Assembly (NCBI RefSeq): GCF_006345805.1
Contig: NC_043014.1
Span: 52,700,001-52,764,000, forward strand
Origin: Octopus sinensis
Lineage: Eukaryota
Direction of reading: 5' to 3'
Length of the DNA stretch: 64,000 bases
Below the pieces are notes generated by a model, which had not been told where the DNA came from, made no database searches, and saw nothing but the letters and a program-made list of their open reading frames with translations. A program made the translations under genes and the position numbers. This document shows, in pieces, positions 1-13,406 of the stretch. How positions within the stretch are numbered: position 1 is the first letter of the stretch; the number at the start of each line of letters is the position of its first letter.

Positions 1-1727
1 GTTTTAGCATTGGTTTCAGAGCCAAATCCAAAACAAAGCTCATAACATTTTCTGAAGAACTCTTTGCTACAGTCAGGTTCTGTTTCTGTGAAATGCTTTC
101 CTAAATTTACATAAATTTGTTTCATTAGCTTTACATCAACTTCATGGGGCTTAACTTCTGAAAACCTAAGACAAAGAAAAGCTTTAAAATATTGCTTATT
201 TTTACAAAGTTTTCGTAACTTTCGTGATAATTCACTTTTATCACAATCCACGAGAAGTTTATTATAAAGTTCTTCATCATCACGGAGTTCCTCTACTGAC
301 TCAATTAATTCCAACAGTTTTTCATTATACTCAATATACCCATGCTTATACACATCAGTCATAATATCCTTTATTCCCCAAATGTCTTTCAGCTTCTTCT
401 GGAAAGGAAGAAATTCTATAGCAGATTTAATAGCAAGGAAGAACCTATCTGTTCCATCGTCTCTAAATTCTCGTTTCAACTCTTCATCATTTTCTTCTTC
501 TGCTAGTATGAAATATAATCTTCCATACAAAATGTTAAAACTAATGTCTTGTATTTTAATATTTGTTTTAAATTGTTCACAACACTCCTGGGCATTTTCG
601 TATTCTTTCAAAGCCAAATATAACAAAATCAAATCGTAGAGAACAGCTCCATTTTCTGGAGAAAGTTTAAGAGCTTCTTTAAAGTGATATTCTATTTTGC
701 CAATGAATTCATTCCTTTCCAATTCAGGAATAGTTCTAGGATATTTAATAAGTTTTCCAAGTGTATTTTCTTCCACAGAAAACTCCTTCTTTGCAGTGAA
801 ACATGTGAATTCTGGAATATGTATTTTTTGATAAGTTAATCCAAGATGATGATGAGAAAATGCTGTTGCATTTATTTCGATTGCTTTTACAAACAATTCT
901 TTTGCTTTATCAAACTTATATAAAGTCTTATAAAAGTTAGCACACTTTTCCAAAACAAAACGGTCATCAGGGGCAAAATGAAGAGCTCTTTGAACATATT
1001 TTTCACTGAATTCCTGATTCTTATGACTATTACATTTCCTTGAAGGTCTCACTTTAAACAAAGCTAATAATGCTAACGTTTTCCCCATTAGGATCTTGTC
1101 AATACAGCGAGGAAAAGCACATCGTATTTTCTCTAAGTACTGTACTGCCTCTGTACTAATTGTGTTTTTTTTATCTTCATCAGAGATCTTTCTTAAACAA
1201 CGATACTGTAACAAAGCTACACCAAATAGACATGAATAATTGCCCGGACAAAAATTGGAAGCCTCTTTGTAAAGTTTGATAGCCCTCTCATAATCATTGA
1301 ATGATATTCGACTTAAACAATAAGCAACATTCATTTTACCTTCTGCTTCTATCTGTTGGAAATCTTCTCTTTTTTCAAGATTGTTAAGATAAACCATAAC
1401 CTCTTTTAACTTATTCATATTTTCATTGTACAGATGAATGAATGCAAGATTGGTTAATGCCAAGAGGTTGTCTGGATTAGTTTCTTGAACTTCATTGGCT
1501 AATCTTTCAGCTTCAATATTCTTATTTAGCTCCCACTGAATAAACACCAAGGTATTCTTGTGGCGAATCTCATCTTCTAAACCAGACACAGTATCGTTAC
1601 TTAATGAATTTTCCAGTTTTTTGTAAAGAGACAACCAATGATCTTTGGTGTAGTGAAAATATTCTCCCATTAAATTCGGAAATCTCTGAATTTTTTCTCT
1701 GTACAATTCTCTTCTGCTTTCGTCATC
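1..1727 (-). CDS. Copy A, large exon 2 of IFIT-like TPR-TIR gene; runs off the window start, so the TIR part is outside the window
   Basis: Colinear with 27505-29231 (offset 27504) with no indels or stops seen by eye. Acceptor ...ttttctttcag|GATGAC at 1728/1727. Absent from the ORF track, presumably because its stop is outside the window. Confidence 0.9.
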
Positions 1728-2719
1728 CTGAAAGAAAAACAAAATAGTGAATATGTATAAAATGTGTATTAAAAAAAGCATCACCATTATCGTTGGCAAG
1801 ATTCCAGGTTACTGAGACAAGGCTAAACCCTCCAAGTTAGATAAGGCTGATGCAGTGGAAGTTCATTTGGGGTTCCAGAGTTTGATGCCTTTCAAAAAAA
1901 AATACTGTCACCAGAAATGGAATTCCAGATGATAGCAGTTTTGTGGAAGAAGGATTGGTTTAGTACTCACTAACGTCTGTGTGTGTGCATGCATGATTGC
2001 TACATGGCTCTGTATGTATGTAGGTCAGGGGGTCATTGAGTAGCGGAGTCTTGTAGAGGGTCAGCAACTATTACCATCATTTTTCATCAAACTGATGCAA
2101 CACTAGAAATACTTTCAATGGGATTCCAGAAAACCTTCTCTCATGTTTAAGAGACATGTTTTCTTTTTGGTTTTTCATCCAAAAATGTTATAGCTCCTCT
2201 TGCCATTCCTCATTACACTCTTGTTTTCAGTTTTCATATAATTCAAGGCTCTCTCTTTACCACTACTACTACTACTGCCACCACCACTGAGACCTCTGCT
2301 CTTCCATGCTTGTTATTTCTATCCATGCCCACCTGACTTACACATCTCTCCTCCTCCTCCTCACTTCATCATACTCTCTCTCTACAAAGAAACTTATCTA
2401 TTTCTTACAATACATACCAATCTATACATCAAAATCAAATTTTTTTCAGGGGTCCTTAAAATATTATTGTGAATTCCAAATTTACTATTTTATTACGTGG
2501 ACCCCCCCAAAATTCTTCTATGGACTCTCAGGGACCACATGGACCCCAGTTGAGAAGCACTACTCTAGACCATCATACAAAATCTTTACTTAGAAAGCAT
2601 AGCCCCAGTCAAAGAGTCTGCCAAAGCAATGGATTAAACATAATTAGAACGAATATGAAGGATTCTCCCTGAAATTATTTTATGATCCTTCAGATTAACC
2701 ATCAGTTTTTTTAGTTTCT

Positions 2720-3040
2720 TCAAATGTCCACCAGGAAATAGATGTCTGACCAAAAACATTGTATAGAAATGTAATGTTAAAACTAATCTACACACGTTCA
2801 CTTATGTAGATACCACTTCTTCCAACTTTAAATTGTAATCGTCTTCATACATTTAGAAAGTGGGAATAAAACGATAACAACTCCCACAAAAGTCTGGGAG
2901 TTAAATGCTAAACCTTTTGTCAGTGATAGACATGACTGCAATCTTTACTGTTTGGAAATGTGGGAAATCTTAAAATCATTTAAATTAAAATCTAGTCTAG
3001 ATTGGCTGCATTAAGAATCAAATGCCTACGTTTTATCTTT
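2720..3040 (+). mobile_element. Degenerate Penelope-like GIY-YIG endonuclease fragment (also ~30235-30555 and ~57300-57615)
   Basis: Translates with stops as CPPGNRCLTKNIV*KCNVKTNLHTFTYVDTTSSNFKL...CNLYCLE, the Penelope GIY-YIG pattern. Confidence 0.7.
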
Positions 3041-3639
3041 ATAATTTCCTTATACTTTAAACCAGTTCTATAAACCAGTTTTGAGCACTATGTACATATC
3101 TATAATACTACAATATAGACTTTAATTAATATTAATAAGATTCATGGATTATATTCAAGTAGTCAAGCATATTTTAATACTATTAATACTAATAACTGAT
3201 CCTATTTAAGCTACTTTCGTGCACCCTTAGTCCTGACACCAAATACTGATGATTGTAATTTGATATGATTTATAACTTAATAACTTCATTCAATTTCCTA
3301 CTAATCTTAGGTGGTCTCTTTATAATGTTTGCTTTTTCCTCCCTAGTTATGCCCTTTCTAATTCTTTATAATTTGTTATAATCCTTAAAATTCATTTACC
3401 ATTTTTTAACGTTTACGGTCCCCATAATTTTTCATTATTAGTGACCTGACCCATCTTCTTGCAGGATTTCAATTCAGTTGCTTTATTCTCCACAATTCTA
3501 TGACAAAACTGGTTAATAGAAATGTTGGGAGGGTAACCAATGGGTCTCAATCCTCAGTGAGATTGGCAGACTGGGCGGAGGAGACTGTTACTGAGGTCCC
3601 ACGGTGAGGAAGGCAGTACCAGTAGGCATTGTGGAGTGC

Positions 3640-4960
3640 CTAGAACATGACGACACGCTATGGAACAAAGGAGCCAAATCAAACTGGGAATTCCAGGGGA
3701 ATTTCCCTGCTTTCCGTTGATGGAAAAATCCTGGCCCACATCTTTTTCAATATTCTCATCAACAACATCTCCAAGAGCGACTCGCCTGAAGCCCAGTGTG
3801 GCTTCTGCCCAGGCCACAGCACCATGGACATGGTGTTTGCTGTGCGTCAAGTTAAGGAGAAATGTATTGAACAACGGATGGATTTATACTCTGTGTTCAT
3901 AGACCTGACCAAAGCTTTTTGGATCATGCTAACCAAGCATGGCTGCCCACACAAGTTCACCACACTGATAAGACTCTTTCATGGCAATATGAGCAGTGAA
4001 GTTTTTTTGCAATGGTGACCACACCAACTCTTGACATTGGGGCACGAAACAGGGCTGAGTGCTCACCCCCATCTTGTTCAATTTGTTCTTCACACAGGTC
4101 CTGCTTTACACAGTGAAAGACCTAAACCTGGGCATATACATCAAAATATCATTCAGACTGGTCTGTTTTTCCTCCTCCACTCACTCTCTGCTTGAACCAA
4201 GACACTGGAAAAGCTCATCACAGAAGCCCTATTTACAAATGACAGTGTACTTAGGGCACACAAGGAAAATCACCTGCAGACCATTGTTGATCACTTTGCA
4301 GAAGCATGAAAGCTTTTTGGACAGATCATCAGCCTTGACAAAACGGAGACCCTAGTCCAAGCAGCACCAAACACATTTCACTCCAGCCAAACACCACCAT
4401 TGAGGGAGTCCAGCTTAAGTGTGTGGAGAGTTTCAGGTACCTTGGTAGCACAGTCTCAGCCGATGGATCATTGAACAGTGAAACATTATCCAGAATCCGC
4501 AATGCCAGTTAAGAAGCACTTGGAAGACTGAAAATGAAAGTCGTCCAGCAGAAAGGCATCAGACGATCGACAAAGCTCAAGATCTACAAGGCTGTAGTCA
4601 TTTCTACACAATTCTATAGAGGGCAAGCATGGGCCCCCTGGCATCAGCACATCAAACAGCTGGAACAGTTTCACACAAGAGCATTCACTGGTAGGACAGT
4701 GTGACAAACCAACAAAAGTTTGTTCAACAAGCATTCAGTTAATGTTGCTGAAGGCTCAGTTATACTGGACTGACCATGTCATCAGAATGGCTGACAACTG
4801 TGTACTCAGACAGCTGTTCTACAGTGATTTCATGCAGGGCTCATACAAACCAGGAAGGCCTAAACTGAGGTACCAAGGCACCCTGAAAAGTAACCTAATT
4901 ATCTTGAGACTAGCAAGAGAAAGACATCATAGGACAGTATCCAGCTCAATTCAGTCAATA
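3640..4960 (+). mobile_element. RTE-clade LINE reverse transcriptase remnant, frameshifted
   Basis: RGISLLSVDGKIL, PEAQCGF, DMVFAVRQVKEKCIEQ..VFIDLTKAF, LQWTDHV-like and QLFY motifs across split ORFs. Confidence 0.9.
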
Positions 4961-6229
4961 GACTACTGATGTGATATCTGTGTGCTTCCAGTTTGGGATT
5001 GTGAAGTCACATGTGCTCTCATCACTGTGAACACAGACTTTGTCATCATTAGATACCTATGGACTGCCTTTCATAAATTATTTTGTTTTCCTTTCCTCTG
5101 AAATTTTGCAGAGACTTTCACTATTCCTTGCATTCTTTTTGCTAAAGTTATTTTCCCTGTGTAATAATTAGCTGGATTGGCCTTAATTAAAGTTAATATT
5201 TTGTTAGTTCTCCAATAATTAACCAGAGCACTTTAATCATGAGGAATTGATTAAAAGAATAAGTCAAACTGGAATTTATTAACCATATCATTCTGGTGCC
5301 CTAAACAATCTCACTCAGTAGAGGACTAATTTTGTCTTTTTGAGAACATCAGCAACTGGCTTCGAAAATGTTACGAGAGGGTCAAACGTCATGCTTTTGG
5401 TACCTGCTATCTGTTGGGCTATAAGCCTGATGTGACCAGTACCAGCTTTTAGGAGTAATGCTGCAACATTTAATGACACCTTTAGAACTGATCTGTCATT
5501 TAGCTATTCTATAATTGACAACTTCTTTCTATTCTTCACTCGTGGAATTGACTGATTGTAGTACCATCCACTTTAAGGTAAGATCAACAACAAAAGTGTT
5601 CCATCGTGTGAGAGCTAAATATCACTTAATGTACACAGGTAAATGTACATTCTAGTTTTATATCTGTATACCAAAATACATTAAATAATACACACACACA
5701 CAACAACTTTACCCATAGAAAGAGTGGCAAAATTACTTGAGTTTATGTGAAACTGGATCAACGTGTGGTGTTGTCCCAATTTCAGCCAGCCTCCAAGTGT
5801 GCACATCTGGAAGCCATTACACAAAAGTATATGAGATGTGAATATCGATCTATTTAACCATGTGACTTCCATATGATTCTGACCATTTCTCAATCTTCTT
5901 TATTTAGTATTAATTCCAGTATTCAAGACATTACGTGTGCATGATTGCAGTAATATGTATGTTATGCATTGTACAAGAGAAATGTACATTCCCAACTGAA
6001 AGTAAAGAAAGAAAGCTAGCTCATCAGATCAGCAGAACATCATGGTTACAGCATAGTTCTATCAGCAGTTCAACTCTAAATACACACACGGAACTCATTC
6101 ATTTAGAATTCTTACAAAAACTGGTATTGCAAATAGAGATGCTATAGAAACAATTTTAACTTTTAATTAGAGACAGGTAAAAGAATTGTCTCTATCTTCT
6201 TCTTTTCATTGGTATATATATATATATAT

Positions 6230-6390
6230 CATCATCATCATCATCATTTAGCATCCGCTTCCATGCTAGCATGGGTTGGACGGTTCAACTGGGGTCTGTG
6301 AAGCCAGGAGGCTGCATCAGGCCCAGTCTGATCTGGCAGTGTTTCTACGGCTGGATGCCCTTCCTAATGCCAACCACTCCGTGAGTGTGG
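6230..6390 (-). mobile_element. Short interspersed repeat with (CAT)n tail (also ~33735-33915; truncated at ~57756-57810; related piece ~23055-23150)
   Basis: catcatcatcatttagcatccgc...gtttctacggctggatgcccttcctaatgccaaccac; related sequence recurs at a non-orthologous site. Family not identified. Confidence 0.5.
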
Positions 6391-6618
6391 TATCATCATC
6401 ATCATCATGATGATGATGATGATACCATATATATATATATATATATATTGCCCTCTAAAGAAACTGTCCAACATTTGAGTCGGTGTTTGAAGTATAAGGA
6501 CACAGCTGTGTGCTGGAAGCCAGCTGAAAAATATGTTTTCCTGGGGATAAAAAAAGGTAGTAATATTGTCCTAATTGGGACTGCCAATTTACGTTGACAA
6601 ATAGATTTCACTCCCTCC

Positions 6619-6649
<31 letters not shown>

Positions 6650-6959
6650 CTTCTCTCTCTCTCTCTTTCTCTATATATATATATATCAATATGGAACAAA
6701 TAATTCCCCAGGAATTTTCACACTGGTGACTGCCATGATTCGGTGCAAAACAAATCATGATGGGTTGGGGCTCTATATCATGGTAACGTATGCTGAGGAA
6801 GGTGAGACTATAATGCCAGTCTAGAAACCAGTCCATGTGAGTTCAAATACTTGAATGCATGCTGAGATTGTCTTAGCCCGTTTGCCTTTGGATGGTTGAT
6901 TTCTGTAGTTGTTATCAGCAGGTAGACATACTTAGTATGTCCTTTGATTAATTTTAATA

Positions 6960-6963
6960 CATG

Positions 6964-7035
<72 letters not shown>
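6960..7035. repeat. (TA)n microsatellite, representative of many length-variable (TA)n, (CA)n and (CT)n tracts
   Basis: Seen directly; others at e.g. 9667, 10490, 11570, 24470 and 25130. Confidence 0.95.
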
Positions 7036-7039
<4 letters not shown>

Positions 7040-7459
7040 TACAAATATGGAGATAAAGATTTTCAAGCACAGAATAATGCATGAAAAGTATCGTATCCTT
7101 ATATTGCAGAAAAATTTGTCAGCAGCCAGCCATGAGACTTGAACACTCATCTCTGTGATTACCAGTCAAGCACTTTATCTTTAAGCTAAGCTGCCCAGTG
7201 ACAAATTTTTCTGCAATTTTTAAACTTATAAACTTAGCTTTTTTATAGACGCTGCATGTGAAATTCAGATTACATTATATGTAAACAAAGTTTGCTTTAT
7301 TGGAAGTGTTGAGATGTATTGAGACAGACACATATGGAGAGAAATATTTTCAAGTGCAGAATAAAGCATGAACAGTGTTAATAGCATAATATCGCTGTTC
7401 AAGCATTATTCTTAAAGGTAAAGCAAATAACTTTCACCCCTCTCTGTTCCCTTAATATA

Positions 7460-7990
7460 AAACTAACATTGGTTAAGGATTCCTATCATTCCTAGACAAA
7501 CACTTTTCAGCCACTCACAGATACAGGAAAATATTTAATAGGCTTTCTGTGAAATTATCATATAGCCCCAACTGCAACTGTCACGACCCAGGATCCTCTC
7601 CACTTAACCAACGCTGTGCGACTAAACCTATCTTATATGAGGCAGAAGTTTCTGCAACCCGAAACAATAATACAACTGATGAGAAGACGTCTACTGGATT
7701 ATGTGAAAGAATTTAGAAATCACTCATGCCAGTCATATAGCCTCCTCCTCCTCCTGACATAGGGACAAAATGAAAACTACAAAGTTCGCTAGCTACGTAT
7801 GGACTTTGAAAGATATTGAAACACTTCATGTGATTAAATGGAAAGTAATCCATACTTGATGTGAAGGGATCGAATGAATGTAGACTTTGTTTGGCTGAAA
7901 GAGCACAGATCCTGTTCTGATCTAAGATCCTAACTCTCTATTGAACTCCAGGTCAGGAATTTTCACTGCTTGCATGCATATGTATAAATA
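7460..7990 (+). mobile_element. Penelope-like RT C-terminus and GIY-YIG remnant (also ~34958-35488 and ~58806-59336)
   Basis: Reads FLDKHF..HRYRKIFNR.SVKLSYS...YVWTLKD..IKWK..CRLCLAERAQIL..LLNSRSGIFTACMH across frames. Confidence 0.8.
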
Positions 7991-8225
7991 CATTTTAAAG
8001 AATTGGAAAATTCTGCCTATTCCTGACCGACTTGATATCTTTCCAGCCTTATCCTTTAAGGTCAAAGGAGGAGGTTTGCTCTTTTACCTTTTTACTTTTT
8101 ATTTTGGACATTTTAGTTTCAGTTTTTCTCTTTTCCTTTTTCTCTCATTTACTGTCTGTGTTTTCTATAAGCTGCCTTCTCAGTTTATTTTGCATTTCTT
8201 CTATCATTCAATTTCTTTAGTTCGT

Positions 8226-8282
8226 TTGTGCCTGAAGGATATGTTTGAGTTCTCTCCACATATGAAACTATTAGTAGGGTTT
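8226..8282 (+). ncRNA. Degenerate hammerhead downstream of a Penelope remnant (also from 35730 and 59578)
   Basis: CTGAAGG (A9 to G) atatgt..acatat GAA ACT att AGT A; helix I poorly paired. Confidence 0.45.
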
Positions 8283-8396
8283 TAATGCATCTATTGTGAC
8301 CTTTAAATAAATAATATTTATCTCTCACCAGATGAAGTACTTTTTTTTGTTGAATTTTCTTCACGGATCAGTACATTATATATATATATATATATA

Positions 8397-9666
8397 CGAG
8401 GGGCGTTCAATAAGTAATGCCCCTGACCCACTTGCAGTTGTTTGATCTAGCTGAAATTTTGCATGAGCACTTATTTATACCTCTATAGATTAAGTGGCGA
8501 ATTACAGCTCTGAACTAATTGTGGTTTCTGATTTACAGGTGTTTGAACTGAGTCAAGTGTGAAATGGAGCCTGTTGAGTGTTGAGCAGTAATCTGGTTTT
8601 TGTATTTGAAAGGACGCACACCACGGGAGACTTTTGATGAAATGGAAGTAACTTATGGTGATGATGCCCCATCATATGACCTTGTAAAACGCTGGCATTG
8701 TGAATTCAAACATAGTCGGAACTCTGTGGAAACAGCTCCCAGATCTGGTCGCCCCCTTCTGCCGTTGATGAGACGTCTGTCCGTCAAGTTGAGGCTGCCA
8801 TTTTGGAAGGTCAATGCATAACTATTCGCCAAATAGCCCATAAGGTCAAGATTAGTACCGGGTCTGTGGAAACTATCATTCATGACCATTTGCATATGCA
8901 AAAGGTGTCTGCCAGATGGATTTCCAGGTTGCTCACATCTTTCCAGAAGCAAGAATGCGTTGAGTGCTCGAGGATGAATTTGGAGATGTGCCAAGAAGAT
9001 GAGTCAAAATTTTTCAAAAGACTGATCACACAGGATAAAACCTGGGTCCATCACTATGACCCATAGACCAAAGCCCAGTCAATGCAGTGAAAGCACCGTG
9101 ACTCACCTCCTCCAAAGAAGGCAAGGGTGCAGCCCTCCGCTGACAAGGTTATGCTCACAGTCTTCTGGGACCAGGACGGAGTAGTGATGACAGATTTCCT
9201 GGCAAAGGGTACCACAATTACAGGAGCCTATTATGCTTCACTTTTGAGGAAATTAAGAGAAGCTATCAAAATCAAGAGGCGGAGCTAGATCAGCAAAGGC
9301 ATCCTCCTCCTGCAGGACAACGCTCCGGTCCACAACTCGCGTGTCGCCAGATCAGAAGCACAGGCGTGCAGCTATGAACTCCTCCCCTTGCACCCTCTGA
9401 TTTTCACCTCTTCCCAGCCATGAAGTTGATTTTGAAAGGAAAGCGTTTCCCAGATGATGCAGCCTTGATTTCTGAAGTCACGTCATGGTTGGAGGACCAT
9501 GCTGGGGTCTTCTACAAAAACGGTCTCCAGAGCTGTATCAAACGATGGGAGAAATGCATAACTCTGGGTAGTTCCTATGTAGGAAAAGACTAATAACTGT
9601 GCCAAGTTTTGTTGCTCTACTGCTATGGGAAGTGGGTCAGGGGCATTACTTATTGAACGCCCCTCG
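8397..9666 (+). mobile_element. Full-length 1270-bp mariner (irritans/Hsmar2-like) with a decayed transposase
   Basis: Perfect 37-bp TIRs (8397-8433 and 9630-9666), TA flanks within (TA)n; RAVIWFLYLKG, WISRLL and TWVHHYDP motifs; frameshifts and stops. Confidence 0.95.
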
Positions 9667-9702
<36 letters not shown>

Positions 9703-9789
9703 TAATTACAACAAATATATTACATCTTGGACACAGAGTCTTCAATAACGTTTTTTGTTACTCCCCTGAATCAGAGGGTAAAATAAACC

Positions 9790-10482
9790 CTTATAGACCC
9801 AACGAGGCCTAACTAGGAAATGGAGAGATCCAATTTTCCAGTAAGCAGCACATGAAGTGGATGCGTTTAGAAAACACTTCTTTACAGCTAGTTAATGTGC
9901 CAGGTTTCTTATAGTCCTTAAGAATTTTGGCTCTCTCTGCAACGACCACTTCCATTAATATACAGGCCCCAGATGATTGATTAATTTCCACCTGATGTCA
10001 CATGGCGTCCCTTGTTCTTTGAGGTGCCAATGACGTGACAAACCGTCTTTCTGGGACTCTGATGGTGGTTAAGAAAACATTGCTTGAACAAAGTACTAGC
10101 AGAACCAATATACTATTCACACCCTTGGTAATATATGGCATGGGTCTGGTCATCCCATCAGTGTCAAAGATAAATATTTGGTCATCTTCTGAGGTGGCAA
10201 AACTGGGAAAGGGGGATACCTCCTCCAAGCTGCTGGTCCTGAATAGGTCATTATTTCTAGGTGTGGTGTTTGTACTGGTGGTAACATACATTGTGGGCCT
10301 CGAGTTCTGAGCGTTTTCTCACGTCTGCGACATAGATATTTTAAATTTTGTATTTATGTAGAGTCTGACGAGCTGTCCACAAGGCTTTGCTTTGTGGATG
10401 CAAAACCTTGCGTAAGTCTATGTCCAAGATATAAAATTTCTGCTGTAACAATTACTGCTCTATTCTTTAAAGTGTGCTTCTT

Positions 10483-10534
<52 letters not shown>

Positions 10535-10760
10535 TAACTATATAATCAATAAAAACATATATCAGAAAAGAAGCACATTCTAAAGAATGGAGCAGTAATT
10601 ATGACGACAAATATTTTAATTTTAGACAAAGAGTTACCAAAGGCTGCTTATCCACAAAGCCAAAGCCTTGTGGACAGCTCATCAGACTAGACAAAGGCAA
10701 AAAACATTTAACTTTCTACGTGGCGGACGTTAAGGAAAAGCTCAGAAATCGAGATTTAAG
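9790..10760 (-). mobile_element. Penelope-like GIY-YIG remnant with inverted pseudo-LTR pair (also ~37290-38290 and ~59760-60985)
   Basis: KYIGSASTLFKQCFLNHQS, WHLKEQG..IRWK and ERAKIL..KEVFSKC-H across frames; ~190-bp degenerate inverted repeat (10300-10490 vs 10555-10755) around (TA)n. Confidence 0.8.
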
Positions 10761-10823
10761 TCTTAACATCTCAAAATGGTAATGAGGAAGGGTTGTCTCC
10801 CCTGAAGCAGAGGATTAAAAACA

Positions 10824-10903
10824 CCCTTACAGACCCGGAAAAGCCCTTAAAGACCCGAAAACGCCCTTACAGACTCGAAAACGCCCTTACAGACCCGAAA
10901 AGG
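10824..10903. repeat. 20-bp minisatellite, 4 units (copy A intron)
   Basis: Units CCCTTACAGACCCGAAAACR and CCCTTACAGACCCGGAAAAG. Confidence 0.95.
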
Positions 10904-11576
10904 CCCAATCAGACAAACGGGGATCTCTAATTTTCCAGTTGTTTACACTTGAAGTGGACACATTTAAAGAAAACTTATTCTAAATAAATGTGTGTAAAGT
11001 GGATGGATTCTCTTCTCTTCCTTGTTGTTGACTTTGCTTTTGTCAAGTGTCAGATATTTTTTCGTCTTCCTCGGCAATTCTAATGAGAATTTTATGACCA
11101 GCTCCGATAGTAAACTTTCGGGAACTTTATTCATTCATGTTTGTTTTTTCTTGGGGAGTTTCTGTCTACTAATTACTTCGATAATCTCAACAGACCAAAG
11201 GTTTCGTGCGTTCGAATGCGCAAAGGATGTGGATTGGTTATTTTGACATTTCAAACTTTTCTATGGCACTAATCCTGTTCGAAACACACGATTATTTCTT
11301 CCCACATACTTACACGCACCACATGTCTAGACATGCAAGTGTTATGCACAAAGATGCATACAAATGCCAAATCGGCACAATTTCCAGGTAGAATATTTTA
11401 TCTGTCATTGCTTCGCAGCTGTTTTGATGGCGTGTTTTATGTGTTTCTTTCTTGTTTTCATCTGCCACGCACACTTTGATATCCAAGACCGACTTTCATT
11501 CTGTTCACAGCTTCCGTCACCGACACACACACACACACACACAGTCATTCACACACGTACACAGATATACATATAT

Positions 11577-11635
<59 letters not shown>

Positions 11636-11836
11636 AATCTGTTTTATGCTTTATATGTTTTTGTTAGTATTGTTATATTTAAAGAATTATTGAAATAAAC
11701 TTGTTATACATACATATCTATACACACATACATAGCTGCCTACTTACATACATACACACGTACATATACATACCTACACACTAAACAACACAGAGTTAAT
11801 ATTTGTTCATGTTTGTAAATATGTTGATATACTTAC

Positions 11837-11887
11837 AAGTAGAATTCCATCCAATTTTTCAATAATTTCCTCGATTTCTTCAGCCAT
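11837..11887 (-). CDS. Copy A first coding exon, MAEEIEEIIEKLDGILL
   Basis: Minus strand reads cagaaaATGGCT...CTACTT|GTAAGT: good start context, consensus donor, phase 0 matching the phase-0 acceptor at 1727. Confidence 0.75.
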
Positions 11888-12238
11888 TTTCTGTCTCTCT
11901 CTTTTTTTTATCCTTTAAAGCAAATTTATAAAACTAAACAAAATAGTTTTCTTTCCTTGTTGTCGACTTTTTTTCTGGTATATTTTGCCAAAATGAAAAT
12001 GTAAATTTCTATAAATGATATATTATATATAAAAATGTTCAATGCAGTTGAATGTGTCCGATCAACAAATATTTTCTAACAACACAGTGAGTGTCTCTTC
12101 CCAGAAACGAAACCCGATTGCAATATTGGATACTGTGAACGGATTCGAAAAATATAGTTGGACTGAAGAAGTGAGACAACTGAAGAATTAGTAAAAACTG
12201 TTTTAACGAAACTTAGAGAATGGCAGAAGTAAACGATG

Positions 12239-12284
12239 TGAAAGTGTGAAAGTGAAAGTTTTGTAGAAAAGAAAATCACTTCCG
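12239..12284. promoter_or_regulatory. ISRE/IRF-E-like element (TGAAAGTGTGAAAGTGAAAGT) plus ETS-like CACTTCCG upstream of copy A
   Basis: GAAAGTGAAAGT at 12248-12259 and CACTTCCG at 12277-12284, about 360-400 nt upstream of the ATG. Confidence 0.55.
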
Positions 12285-13406
12285 CAAAAAACAATCCGGA
12301 TATCAAATGGCTAAGAGTCACTAAAATGAAATTCAAGATTCAAAATAAAACAGAAGTTCTTACAACAAGCATTAAGTATATTAAAACAAATTTATTTCTT
12401 TGGTTTTACTTAAATTTTAAATAAACACAATTTGACCCGTACGAGGATATAGTAACTGGAATAAACCATTTCGTTCAGCGCCCGACCTGTCAGGTGAAAT
12501 ATTTAGACATGAAACAGCACAGATAGTATATCTGTAAGTCAGGTAGGGTAGCATAGTTTAGGCTCAACTGAAGTCCGAATACTTAGGCAGCAGCTTAACA
12601 CTACCGTCTCGTACCTGGCTGCATGGCATTTATTGTGGTCAGGCCTCACTACGATTGCAGGTGTAACATTCTAGTTTAACGGTAAGCACTTTGATCATAA
12701 ATGCATGTAATGTAGACAGGTTTAAATAAATTTGTACTTTTCTCATAACACACACACACACATGTATGTATATTGCTTCAAGCTTCTGTTTTTTGTAGGC
12801 CAGCCCAACCTCCTTTCGGTTACATGCGACAGTTGTATTCTCAGAGTATCTACACAGTAGTTCTTCTCCAACACTGAAGGTGTTGCTCTTATTTTTGAGT
12901 ATGTGATGGAATGTACACATTTCTTTCTTTACAGTTCAGCAGATGTTGTCTGAGTGATAGAATGCCATGTTCAACGGCCGCCTCGACTGACCTTATGCTC
13001 TATTGCTATCACTTTGTTTCGCAAATGTATTTATGTATAGTGGTATATATGGATCCTTGCCCGGATTGGCCTCACCAGCCACCTCCGGTCTCATAGCGGC
13101 AGTTCCACCAGATGATGTCAGTGGTCATCTTCGAACCCGAAGGACGAACATTATTATTATTATTATATATGGATGTATGTGTTTAAGTATGTATGCATGT
13201 ATATATGTCATTATTCAGTTTTATTTTAAGATTTCTTGCCAACAGAGAAACAGCCAGTTTCTAAACTAGATCCAACGCTCTTTCATTAGAATTTCAACAT
13301 CAACAAGATATGTGTGTGTGTGTGTGTGTGTGTGCAAATTTCTGTGTCTCTTTTTATGTTTGTTGCCTCAAACATTTACTTGCATATCTAGACATGCTCA
13401 TATATA

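Noticed and set aside
382-639. 85-aa plus-strand ORF
   Set aside because: Antisense to the copy A coding exon.
6405-7150. Numerous short ORFs with YIYI, HTHT or ERER runs
   Set aside because: Translations of dinucleotide microsatellites.
9809-10310. ORFs MYVTTSTNT... and MEINQSSG... as extra exons of the TPR-TIR gene
   Set aside because: Cross-frame reading gives a Penelope GIY-YIG remnant, and frames differ between copies because of indels.
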